Positions 9,708 to 18,524 of a DNA stretch of 64,000 bases are shown here, one piece after another. Source of the DNA: a virus (Duplodnaviria; Caudoviricetes); IMG/VR virus record IMGVR_UViG_3300033555_000001, positions 192,001 to 256,000 of that record. One strand, 5' to 3'. Made by a program: the position numbers and the translations under genes. The notes under the pieces are model-generated. The model was not told the DNA's origin. It did no database searches and saw only the letters and a program-made list of their open reading frames with translations. How positions within the stretch are numbered: the stretch's first letter is position 1; each line of letters starts with the position of its first letter.

Positions 9708-10610
9708 ATGATTAAGCACTATTATTTTGACAACCAGCTTCGCGCGTATTTGCTGCAGTTTATTGCAATTTTCCAGGGGCTGCAAGTCCGTACTGGCCGC
9801 GGTGAGTGCAATGAAGAGCAGTACATCACTGTGCCGTGCGTAGTTGGAAGTAAAGACCGCGTGGTGGCTGCGTTGTTTGCTGGCAATACCCAGAATCGGG
9901 TCTTTAGCTTGCCAACAATGGCAGTACACATGACTGGGCTGTCAGTTGCAAATGATCGGCGAAAAGTTCAGGCACACGTAGATCAACGCGTAATAATGAA
10001 AGCGGGCGGCCAATTTCCAAATGATCTCACGGTTGCAAAGCGCGCCATGCCTATACCGTATGATATGACGGTTGAGCTAGCGCTCTACGCCTCTAATACG
10101 CAGCAACTGCACCAATTACTGGAACAAATTTTAGTCCTGTTTAATCCTGACATTCAGATTCAGAAAAGCGATGGTATGCTGGACTGGACAAAAATTACCA
10201 GTGTAGAGCTGACAGATATTTCAAATGAAGAGAATTATCCAAGCGCCACACAGAACAGAGCTATTGTCTGGACGCTGTCATTTAAGCTGCCAATTTTTCT
10301 AAGCGTGCCAATGGGCATAAAAGACGATGTGGTTCGCCGAGTGATTATTCAAATTGGTTCAATGGACACAATGGTTGTTAACGAAGTAGACGCAAACGGA
10401 GAATTAACGCCGTTTGGTGCGCCACTGGCCAAGATTGATTTTGACACTAGGGAAGTACCTGCGCCAGAAGAGTGCACCTACAATCAAGGAGCAACTCCAG
10501 AAGGTGAGTTAAATGATACTTGGTACAGCGCAGTAACCGCTACAACGCGTCGTTGGGACGGCAGCGCTTGGGTTGTTCTTGAACAGTACTTGCCACCACC
10601 ACGAGCATAA
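9708..10610 (+). CDS. Tail terminator / sheath stabiliser (T4 gp15-like)
   Basis: YYFDNQLRAYLLQFIAIF...VPCVVG...PIPYDMTVEL...LEQILVLFNPD. Confidence 0.75.
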   Translation: MIKHYYFDNQLRAYLLQFIAIFQGLQVRTGRGECNEEQYITVPCVVGSKDRVVAALFAGNTQNRVFSLPTMAVHMTGLSVANDRRKVQAHVDQRVIMKAGGQFPNDLTVAKRAMPIPYDMTVELALYASNTQQLHQLLEQILVLFNPDIQIQKSDGMLDWTKITSVELTDISNEENYPSATQNRAIVWTLSFKLPIFLSVPMGIKDDVVRRVIIQIGSMDTMVVNEVDANGELTPFGAPLAKIDFDTREVPAPEECTYNQGATPEGELNDTWYSAVTATTRRWDGSAWVVLEQYLPPPRA

Positions 10611-10611
10611 T

Positions 10612-10953
10612 ATGATTAGATTACCGCGATTAGAACTTTTAGCAGAACGGTTAAATCCAACTGATGGGCTGTTTAACGGTACAGGCCCGCAGTACAGGGC
10701 GGTGCTTCAAGCGTTTAAAAATGCCAATGGAATACAGCAAACTACTGATAAGTGGGCTGTCGCAGAAGATCCGTGGGCCGACAGCGTTTACCTTATAGTC
10801 CGGTGTTCCGACAAGAATGAGGTTACTGGTTTTGTATTTTTTAGAAAAGACAAGAGCACTAAAGTAGTACCTAACTTGCCGCCAAAAATGAGACGAGTTG
10901 GCATGGATGATTTGCTTCAGCACCTGACTGAAATTGGTGCTGAATTTAAATGA
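10612..10953 (+). CDS. Hypothetical protein
   Basis: ATG just after the gp15-like stop; coupled to the next gene. Confidence 0.5.
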   Translation: MIRLPRLELLAERLNPTDGLFNGTGPQYRAVLQAFKNANGIQQTTDKWAVAEDPWADSVYLIVRCSDKNEVTGFVFFRKDKSTKVVPNLPPKMRRVGMDDLLQHLTEIGAEFK

Positions 10954-12527
10954 TTACTTTCAAAGAATACTTGCTGGAGAAAGCCTTGAATAGGGGCGTG
11001 TACCTTGACGTGATTAAGAAGCTCGCTGGTAAGGCGCTAGTCGGCCTTGAGATTGAAGCACGTGTGCCACCAGAATCACCGTCGTTTAGGCTGACAAAAC
11101 CGGCAGATCGGCGAACTGAAGATGTGCGCGAGTACAGCACTCTTGCAGATTTTTCAGAGAGCTTTTTAATCTCACCGACAGTTTTACGACAAATTACAGG
11201 CGACTTTGCTGGTTGGAGTGCCGCTCAAGAAGACGACTGGGTTGAGGACAATTGGGAAAGCTATATTGACGCTGATGAAGTTGAAGCAAGCGGAGACGCA
11301 AGAGCAGAGAAAACTGCCAGACGTGCCGCACTGGGCGATCATAAATCTGCAGATCACGGCTGGTCAGAATGGTTTACAACATTTAAAAATGTGACTGATT
11401 TTTTAGACATATACGAGTTAGAGCCAAAACATGGCTGGGTAGAAGACAACAAGTTCTTGGTGTACATGGCACTAGATGCTGCAGATACCGCTGATTCAAG
11501 TTGGGAGTCTACAGCTAATCACTTTGGTGCCTTGATGTCAGCTGCCATTGGCGACAAAGTAACTGTTAAAGATGCACCAGGTGCTGATTACTCCTCTTGG
11601 AAAATTGTACCAGATACAAGCATTACTAATGGCGGGCTTGGCACCAACACTGATGGTGATCTTACTGGCGTTGGAATTGAACTTGTGTCTCCGCCACTTC
11701 CCGTTGATACAGCAATTGATCAGCTCACCACAATCTTTAAGCTCATGACTGATCAGGGGCTGGACACAAACACGAGCACTGGTATCCACATTAATATTTC
11801 TGTTCCTGAGCTGGCTAAAAACCTAGATCCGCTGAAACTGGTCTTGTTTATGGGCGACGAGCACGTGCTGAAAGTGTTTGATAGATCAGCTAATCTCTTT
11901 ACGCGCTCTCAGATCTCGAGCATTATCGATGGCATTCAAATCACAGGCACTGTTCCATCTACAGGTGCTGAGTTAATGGATGCAGCACGCCAGTCACTCA
12001 GCCAGGCAAAGTACCGATCAGTTAACCTAGGGCATGTTGAAAAAGGATATTTGGAATTCAGAGCGTCGGGCGGCGTGAACTACCACAAAAAATTAGACTT
12101 AATAGTCGATACAATCGGCCGTTGGTTAACTGTAGTTGATATTGCTACAGATCCTGCTCTACTTAGAAATGAGTACCTTAAAAAAGTTGCAAAGTTATTA
12201 GGCCGTACTAGCGCTGAAAAAGATAAAGCACAGCACTCTGATGTAAGTTTAAAAGAACTTGTGATTAGTACTGCACGCAATAAAGAGGATGGAGAATCCC
12301 TATGGATTGACTTGCAGCAGCGTTCTGTGGTTGGTTTTGACGCATTAGCTAAATTCGCTATTAACGTTGCAAGAAGCTCGATATCAAAGCCAAGTGTTAA
12401 ACAAATTATGGATGTTAAAAATTTATTTAAGACTCTGTCTGTTACTGTTGCGGATATGGTTGAACAAGATCCAGATGTTGAAGTTCTGTTTAACAGATTC
12501 GCAGAGATGTTTAAACTACAAAAGTAG
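10950..12527 (+). CDS. Putative amidoligase (COOH-NH2 ligase type 2) with capsid-targeting-like N-terminus
   Basis: GLEIE...PDTSI...GIELVSPPL...NTSTGIHINIS...KYRSVN...LEFR; N-terminus MITFKEYLLE. Confidence 0.75.
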   Translation: MITFKEYLLEKALNRGVYLDVIKKLAGKALVGLEIEARVPPESPSFRLTKPADRRTEDVREYSTLADFSESFLISPTVLRQITGDFAGWSAAQEDDWVEDNWESYIDADEVEASGDARAEKTARRAALGDHKSADHGWSEWFTTFKNVTDFLDIYELEPKHGWVEDNKFLVYMALDAADTADSSWESTANHFGALMSAAIGDKVTVKDAPGADYSSWKIVPDTSITNGGLGTNTDGDLTGVGIELVSPPLPVDTAIDQLTTIFKLMTDQGLDTNTSTGIHINISVPELAKNLDPLKLVLFMGDEHVLKVFDRSANLFTRSQISSIIDGIQITGTVPSTGAELMDAARQSLSQAKYRSVNLGHVEKGYLEFRASGGVNYHKKLDLIVDTIGRWLTVVDIATDPALLRNEYLKKVAKLLGRTSAEKDKAQHSDVSLKELVISTARNKEDGESLWIDLQQRSVVGFDALAKFAINVARSSISKPSVKQIMDVKNLFKTLSVTVADMVEQDPDVEVLFNRFAEMFKLQK

Positions 12528-12626
12528 GATGAATTTTGGTGGAACATCCTGCCCGGCCCTAAATACACAGACAAACAACAAGCGATCAATTTTGATCCTT
12601 TTAAATCCAGTAGGAGATTAACAAAA

Positions 12627-14471
12627 ATGGCAACACTCGTTTCCCCAGGTGTTTCAGTCTCAGTCACCAACGAGAGCTTCTTTCTTCCAGTAACTGCACC
12701 TACCGTGCCGGTTATCTTTATCGCCACAAAGAGCGGTAAACTGCAACCAAACGGTATTACCCCCGCAGCTGGTACTCTAGAATTTGGCGTCGTTCGTACG
12801 GTTACTTCGGTCCCACAGTCTGTTGAGCTCTTTGGCGTGCCCCATTTCCGCAACGATGTTTCGGGTAATGAGTTCCACGGTGATGCTCGCAATGAATATG
12901 GTCTCTTGGCGCTAAACCAATTTTTAGCAGCTGGTAATCGCGCGTACGTTGTTCGCGCAAATATTGACCTAACCGACGAACCAGAAACATTCATGTCGCT
13001 GGGAACACCAGGCTTGGTTGGCTCATCTGTTTCGTACAACGGCATTGGCGATGGTTCAATTGAATCAATCACAGCGGTAAGTAATGCCGTGAAGCCTCAG
13101 CTGTTTGCAGTACTGTTTACTTCACCAACGTCCTTTTCGGTTACAGGCGCACTGTCTGGCTACATTGGCGCTGGTAACGTAGATGCTGCCTTTACCTCGT
13201 CTAAAATTAACTTTACTGTTATGTCTGGCGCAGTGCCATTTAGCGCTGGCGACACATTCACGTTTAACATGGCCCATATGGCTGTTGCTGCAGGCAGCAA
13301 TACTGGTAATGGTTCTGTTGTTTCACTAACAGTTGATACACTTGCGCTGCCTGAAACTATTACTGTTCTGATGACATCAGCGTCTGCGTTTCAGGTTAAC
13401 AGCACAGTTTCAATGATTGAAAACGGCGTTGTCGGTTCGGCATTTGATAACAACCGCGTTAACTTTACTGTTCAGGCTGGCACCGTTCCATTTGTTGCTG
13501 GTGATGAGTTCACAATCACTGTAAGTTCAGTAACTGTAAGTGCTCCGCTGGGCGCTAACGATGCAGCAAAACGTGTTGCTATTGTTACCGCACTGCAAGC
13601 CGCAATTAACAGCAATGGTGATGTCCGGTCGGAACTCTATGAGTTTAACTTGATTGCTTGCCCAGGTTATCCAGAAGTTGCAGATGAATTACATTCGCTG
13701 AGCGCGTCAACAAAGCAAGAGTCTTTGGTTATTGCTGACACCCCGTGTGATAAATCACCGGATCAAGTTGCACAGTGGGCACTAACATCTGCTCGTGCTG
13801 CAGGCGAAGACATTGCGTATTACTATCCATGGTGCCTGACATCTAACCTTGACGGCCGCGACGTACTTGGCGCACCATCGGGTACTGCTCTTCGCACCAT
13901 AGCGTTCAGTGATCAACAAGGTTATGTATGGTCTGCTCCAGCCGGAGTATCAAATGGTGTGGTGTCTGGCGTATCTCGTCTGGCCTATATAACTGGCACC
14001 AAGGGTACTGCAACCACGCTGATTGAGACTAATCTAAATCAGGGTCAACGCGATAACCTGTACGAATACGATAAAAACATTAACCCAATCTCGTTCTTCC
14101 CGGGCCGTGGATTTATGTTGTTTGGACAGAAAACTTCAGCACCAGCAGCAAGTGCTCTTGACCGCATTAACGTTGCACGACTGGTTATGTACTTGCGTCG
14201 TACACTGCGCAAAGGTGCGTTGCCATTTGTTTTCCAACCAAACGATCAAATCACACGTGATAACTTGAAAGCCGCAGCCGATGGTATCTTGAATGATGTA
14301 TTGACTAAGCGTGGATTATATGATTTTGCCACTCAGTGCGATACTAGCAACAACACTGCGGTAAGAATAGATCGAAACGAGCTGTGGTTAGACGTTGCAA
14401 TCAAGCCAACGAAAACAGCCGAATTTATTTATATCCCGATCCGTGTTGTTAGTACTGGTGCAAATATCTAA
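12627..14471 (+). CDS. Contractile tail sheath protein (gp18-like)
   Basis: MATLVSPGVSVSV...FGQKT...LDRINVARL...FQPNDQITR...KPTKTAEFIYIP. Confidence 0.95.
   Translation: MATLVSPGVSVSVTNESFFLPVTAPTVPVIFIATKSGKLQPNGITPAAGTLEFGVVRTVTSVPQSVELFGVPHFRNDVSGNEFHGDARNEYGLLALNQFLAAGNRAYVVRANIDLTDEPETFMSLGTPGLVGSSVSYNGIGDGSIESITAVSNAVKPQLFAVLFTSPTSFSVTGALSGYIGAGNVDAAFTSSKINFTVMSGAVPFSAGDTFTFNMAHMAVAAGSNTGNGSVVSLTVDTLALPETITVLMTSASAFQVNSTVSMIENGVVGSAFDNNRVNFTVQAGTVPFVAGDEFTITVSSVTVSAPLGANDAAKRVAIVTALQAAINSNGDVRSELYEFNLIACPGYPEVADELHSLSASTKQESLVIADTPCDKSPDQVAQWALTSARAAGEDIAYYYPWCLTSNLDGRDVLGAPSGTALRTIAFSDQQGYVWSAPAGVSNGVVSGVSRLAYITGTKGTATTLIETNLNQGQRDNLYEYDKNINPISFFPGRGFMLFGQKTSAPAASALDRINVARLVMYLRRTLRKGALPFVFQPNDQITRDNLKAAADGILNDVLTKRGLYDFATQCDTSNNTAVRIDRNELWLDVAIKPTKTAEFIYIPIRVVSTGANI
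14409..14471 (+). repeat. 63-bp direct repeat copy 1 (sheath 3' end)
   Basis: Recurs at 16465-16527 with 5 mismatches. Confidence 0.95.
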
Positions 14472-14493
14472 GTGATATAATAACGTTATAAAC

Positions 14494-14520
14494 AAAGGCA
14501 GATAGTATCTGCCTTTTCTT
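14494..14520 (+). terminator. Intrinsic terminator after sheath
   Basis: AAAGGCAGAT-agt-ATCTGCCTTT followed by TCTT. Confidence 0.8.
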
Positions 14521-14561
14521 TGTCATTATTTTTGAATATTACGCTACCTTAAAAAGTCATT

Positions 14562-15989
14562 ATGCCAACATGTAAAATATGCGGATACGCTCATGAGATA
14601 ATGATTCACTTTACTCATATCAGAAAACATGGTATGACGGTTCAGGAATATAAGCTAAAATTTCCCGGAGCCGCGCTGCGTGTGCAGAGCGAAGAATCTA
14701 AATTAAAAATGTCGGCCTCTAAAACAGGAAAGCCTTCTGGACTAAAGGGGAAAATCAGGTCTGAAGAACACTCTAAAAATATATCGGCCGCGCTAAAAGA
14801 AGCTTACTCTTCAGGAAAAATACAACATTGGAACTCAGGTAACACTACTCCACTGTGCGTTAAGGAAAAAATTGCGCAGGGAAATAGAGGCACAATAAAT
14901 GCTGGAAACATAAAGCAAAAGTTAAAAAAGCAGGAGAGAATTAAAGCCGGTGCCATAGCGTTTGGCTGTGAAGTGTTAAGCTGTGATGTAGAAGAACGCA
15001 CCACAGTAAAGTGCCTTGAATGTAAACACGTGTTTAGTTTTACAAACCAAATATTTTATGAAACTCGTTTAGAAAAGACTGGAAAGCTATGCCCGTCTTG
15101 TCAACCGCGAATTACATATTCTTCTGCGGGTGAGCAAGAGCTATTAAATTTCATCAAGTCAGTTTATGCTGGAATAATAATACCCAATGACCGAGGCGCT
15201 CTTGGAGGAAAAGAATTAGACGTTTATTTACCTGAACTCAAGATTGCATTTGAGTACACGGGGTTGTATTGGCACGCTGAAAAACAGAACCCAATAAACA
15301 AGCACTTGTTGTGGAAGAGAGACTTTGCGTTCAATCAAGGAGTCGAACTAATTACTGTGTTTGAAGATGAGTGGCACGATAAACAAGACATTGTTAAGTC
15401 TAGAATTATGAACATGCTAGGTCTTCAGGGTTTTAAATCTGCGGCCAGAAAATTAAAAATAGGTGTTCCATCCGTTAAAGAGAAGAATTTATTTCTGACT
15501 GAGAATCACTTGCAGGGTAGAGATACAAGTTCTGACTGGGCTGCGCTTATGGATGGTGGCGAGATCGTGTGCATTGCCACTTTTAAGAAAACTAGTATAT
15601 CAAAAGGCGGTTCTGGTGATCAGTGGGAATTAAGCAGGTTTGCATCAAAATTAAACACCCAGGTGCAGGGCGGAGCCAGCAGGCTTGTAAGCTGGTTTGT
15701 GCGCAAATACAAAGCAGACCTGGTGTCTTACGCTGATTCTAGATGGAGCACTGGAAAACTTTATAGAACTATGGGATTTGATTTTATCCATCGCTCTTCT
15801 CCAAGCTATTGGTACTTGTTAGATGGTTACAAACGACGCGTGCACCGCTCTGCGTTCATGAAACATCGACTTGTAAAATGTGAAGAGGATAAAGCTTTTA
15901 CGGAATGGGAACTTGCTCAGCAAGCAGGCATGGATCGCATTTGGGATTGCGGCACAACAAAGTGGCTGTTAAAGTACAATCCAAATTAA
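14562..15989 (+). CDS. Free-standing homing endonuclease (Zn module + NUMOD3 + PD-(D/E)xK + GNAT/Mom-like C-terminus; Hef-like)
   Basis: CKICG..HIRKH; SEEHSKNIS; GEQEL...ELDVYLPELKIAFEYTGLYWH; ELSRFAS...GGASRL...SYADSRWSTG.LY..MGF. Confidence 0.75.
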   Translation: MPTCKICGYAHEIMIHFTHIRKHGMTVQEYKLKFPGAALRVQSEESKLKMSASKTGKPSGLKGKIRSEEHSKNISAALKEAYSSGKIQHWNSGNTTPLCVKEKIAQGNRGTINAGNIKQKLKKQERIKAGAIAFGCEVLSCDVEERTTVKCLECKHVFSFTNQIFYETRLEKTGKLCPSCQPRITYSSAGEQELLNFIKSVYAGIIIPNDRGALGGKELDVYLPELKIAFEYTGLYWHAEKQNPINKHLLWKRDFAFNQGVELITVFEDEWHDKQDIVKSRIMNMLGLQGFKSAARKLKIGVPSVKEKNLFLTENHLQGRDTSSDWAALMDGGEIVCIATFKKTSISKGGSGDQWELSRFASKLNTQVQGGASRLVSWFVRKYKADLVSYADSRWSTGKLYRTMGFDFIHRSSPSYWYLLDGYKRRVHRSAFMKHRLVKCEEDKAFTEWELAQQAGMDRIWDCGTTKWLLKYNPN

Positions 15990-16076
15990 GTGTACACTTT
16001 TTACTGAATAAAGTATTATATCCATCCCAGCGCTATAAATAAGTATGTTCAACGTTTACACACCAAAAGGAACACA

Positions 16077-16430
16077 ATGACATACATCGCTGAATTAAAT
16101 CGTACACGGCATCTTGCTGGCTTACAGCCGCTGTCAGAGGCTCAAACGTCAAAAATCTCTTCAGAGCTTAATGAAGCGTTTATCGAGCTAGATTGGGCTC
16201 TTGGTAATACGCCTAAAGAAGTTGAAAAGCTCGTTAAAGCAGCTGCAGAAAAAGAAGACTTAAAAGCAGAAATCATCACAATGGACGGCCCGGGCGGTGG
16301 CAACCCGCTTGTAAGATTCTCAGGTAAAAAAGCTAACATTAAGAAGTTTCTAGTAACATATTGCCATGGCGACGAAACTGAAGCAGATTTCATGATGAAT
16401 GACATTGGTCATAAGCAAGGGACTAGATAG
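16077..16430 (+). CDS. Putative internal head protein (LAG-x-x-PLSE leader)
   Basis: ELNRTRHLAGLQPLSEA; TATAAATA at about 16034 and TGTACA-17-TATTAT at 15991-16019. Confidence 0.55.
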   Translation: MTYIAELNRTRHLAGLQPLSEAQTSKISSELNEAFIELDWALGNTPKEVEKLVKAAAEKEDLKAEIITMDGPGGGNPLVRFSGKKANIKKFLVTYCHGDETEADFMMNDIGHKQGTR

Positions 16431-16464
16431 GTATCTTTTTGCGGACCAACGTACTTATTCACGT

Positions 16465-16527
16465 ACGAAAACATCCAAATTTATTTATATCCCAATCCGC
16501 GTTGTTAGTACTGGCGCAAATATCTAA
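16465..16527 (+). repeat. 63-bp direct repeat copy 2: orphan copy of the last 20 sheath codons
   Basis: Reads TKTSKFIYIPIRVVSTGANI* versus TKTAEFIYIPIRVVSTGANI*; no start codon. Confidence 0.95.
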
Positions 16528-16548
16528 AGCAGCAATTAAGCAATAATG

Positions 16549-16572
16549 AAAGGGACCCGAAGGTCCCTTTTT
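16549..16572. terminator. Bidirectional intrinsic terminator
   Basis: AAAGGGACC-cgaa-GGTCCCTTTTT between convergent genes. Confidence 0.85.
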
Positions 16573-16581
16573 ATTTGAGCT

Positions 16582-16878
16582 TTATTCTCTAGTTTCAACA
16601 ACCGTGCGTTTAACTCTGCTAATCATAACGGTTGCTTTAGTGCCACTTTTGATAGCTGCTCGTGTGAAATGAGATCTAATATCAGAAGCCCAGCCACCCC
16701 ATACTGGGCCGTATTCTACGTCCATTGAGATTGTGTTCTGGTTATTTGGTCCTGGTATAATCGTTTTCTTACGGACAGTGATTGTCCCAGGTAAAAAGCT
16801 TTCAATTTGCTTGAGAAGCTCGAGTTTGCCGCCCTGAATTTGTACTTCGGCTGTGAGGAGACCCTTGGTCTTTTGCAT
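16582..16878 (-). CDS. Hypothetical protein
   Basis: AGGAG RBS; only plausible ORF in the gap. Confidence 0.55.
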   Translation of the reverse strand: MQKTKGLLTAEVQIQGGKLELLKQIESFLPGTITVRKKTIIPGPNNQNTISMDVEYGPVWGGWASDIRSHFTRAAIKSGTKATVMISRVKRTVVETRE

Positions 16879-16981
16879 GTTAATGCTCCTGATTAGAATG
16901 CTGCAGCAGGTCGCCGCAGTAAAGGAATTCTAAGCTAGTATGATTTTTCAGTAATATTAGGAATCAGGTTAGGCGACAAAG

Positions 16982-17776
16982 TTAGGAAAGTATTGTCTTT
17001 AATCTGACTAACTCCTGCTTTTGTTTGTGCTTCCACAAGAGCTCCCAAAACTCATGAATTACAATTCCCTGCTCTGCAGCGTATGCAAGTTTATCAGCTT
17101 CGCGTGACCCATCGCCTGGGTGCCAGTATTCACCGTGGTATTCAAAACCAATTTTTAAATCTGGAAGATAGATGTCAATTTCTTTTGGCTTTATCGCTTG
17201 GCGATCATTCACAATAATCCGACCAGTATATAGTGCTTTCACGGCCTCATACAGTTCACCTTGCCCCCGAGATACATGGCAGGACGGACACCAAATACCA
17301 GTCACGCGAGTAAACGGCCGGCTAAAAACTTCACCGCATATATGGTGCCACTTGTATTCGTTTTGCATGCCAGGAATAATCTCATCAACTGGTGTAATGC
17401 CCTTTACTGCAAGTTTATCAAGCTTAGCCTGCGCACGATTGTTGAAGTGCGCGCTTTTCATGTCATAAGAAGTCTGCGCTTTCCATTCAGGATCTGCCCA
17501 GAGCTTTTCGTGACGTATAGATTTTTCTGGAGCTAATAATGCTTGAGCACACTTCATTGAACACACTTTTCTGTAACCCACTGTGTAATTTATCCAGTTT
17601 GTTAGCTTTCCGCAGTAACATGTTGGCCGTATGTTTAAGACGTTCCAGGCCTTCTCGGAAATGCTATTACCATGATATTCATTCAACCATATTAGGCGCT
17701 CAGCGTTGCGCCATTTACCAGCACAATATTTGCCATCTTGGAACAAGGCAACGATGAGTTCAGTTTGTTTTGTCAT
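16982..17776 (-). CDS. Free-standing homing endonuclease (Zn modules + PD-(D/E)xK)
   Basis: CYCG..CSMKC; CPSC..SRGQGEL...KEIDIYLPDLKIGFEYHGEYWH; TAAATA on minus strand at 17781-17786. Confidence 0.75.
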   Translation of the reverse strand: MTKQTELIVALFQDGKYCAGKWRNAERLIWLNEYHGNSISEKAWNVLNIRPTCYCGKLTNWINYTVGYRKVCSMKCAQALLAPEKSIRHEKLWADPEWKAQTSYDMKSAHFNNRAQAKLDKLAVKGITPVDEIIPGMQNEYKWHHICGEVFSRPFTRVTGIWCPSCHVSRGQGELYEAVKALYTGRIIVNDRQAIKPKEIDIYLPDLKIGFEYHGEYWHPGDGSREADKLAYAAEQGIVIHEFWELLWKHKQKQELVRLKTILS

Positions 17777-17881
17777 TCGCTATTTAGAGTAATTTTTGAT
17801 TGAAACCTTGTAATCTGTAGATAAACCCATAAATACACTGAAGCTGCTCAAGCTGTACAAACCTTAATAGGAGTTATCAAA

Positions 17882-18475
17882 TTGGCAACATTATCGAATT
17901 TCGGAATTCCCGGCGCAGGTTCGGGAATCCTTCACCCAAAAATGCGTAATAAATGGAGGGTGACATTTCAGGATATTAGTCGCCTAGTATCTGGCGCAAA
18001 CAGCCGTAACCTTACAATGCAGGCAGTTACTGTTAGCCGCCCACAAATTGAATTTGAAGAAGTTGCAATTCACCGCTACAATTCAACTGCTTATATTGCC
18101 GGCAAGCACACATGGTCACCAATGAGTTTGACGGTAGACGATGATATTACTGGTCTAGCATCAAAAGTTGTTAAGGGCCAACTTGAAACACAGCAGCGCC
18201 TTGTTGGTGTTGACTTGGACGGCCGCTGGTTGAATACTGCAGCTACTGGTTCAGACTATAAATTTGGTGTTAAGCTTGAGCAATTAGACGGCGATGAGGG
18301 TGTTGTTGAATCGTGGATCCTTGAAGGCGTAATGATTCAGGCTGCCGATTTTGGTGAAGGCGATTATTCTTCTTCAGAGGCTATGACAATTCAGCTAACG
18401 CTGCGTTTTGATCACGCGCGCTGTATTGACGCTGGTGAGGGTTATGGAAGCGCGTTAGGCGGAAACGTTTCTTAG
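17882..18475 (+). CDS. Tail tube protein (gp19-like)
   Basis: KWRVTF...VSRPQIEFEEVAIHRYNS..YIAGKHTWSPMSLTVDDD...TIQLTLRFDHA; follows sheath. Confidence 0.85.
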   Translation: MATLSNFGIPGAGSGILHPKMRNKWRVTFQDISRLVSGANSRNLTMQAVTVSRPQIEFEEVAIHRYNSTAYIAGKHTWSPMSLTVDDDITGLASKVVKGQLETQQRLVGVDLDGRWLNTAATGSDYKFGVKLEQLDGDEGVVESWILEGVMIQAADFGEGDYSSSEAMTIQLTLRFDHARCIDAGEGYGSALGGNVS

Positions 18476-18487
18476 TAATTTTTTAAA

Positions 18488-18516
18488 TTTAAAGGGCCTG
18501 CTTTTTGCAGGCTTTT
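18488..18516 (+). terminator. Tube terminator copy 1 (shorter stem)
   Basis: GCCTGC-ttttt-GCAGGC-TTTT; 25-bp match to 18830-18854. Confidence 0.7.
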
Positions 18517-18524
18517 ATTGGATC

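Noticed and set aside
9696-9712. Third copy of the gp14-end repeat before the gp15-like gene (ggatacattatga)
   Set aside because: Too short and degenerate to separate from an ordinary RBS-start context
12080-13072. 330-aa minus-strand ORF and other long antisense ORFs (41319-41783, 60093-60542, 19229-19621)
   Set aside because: Shadows of well-supported plus-strand genes; no motifs or RBS
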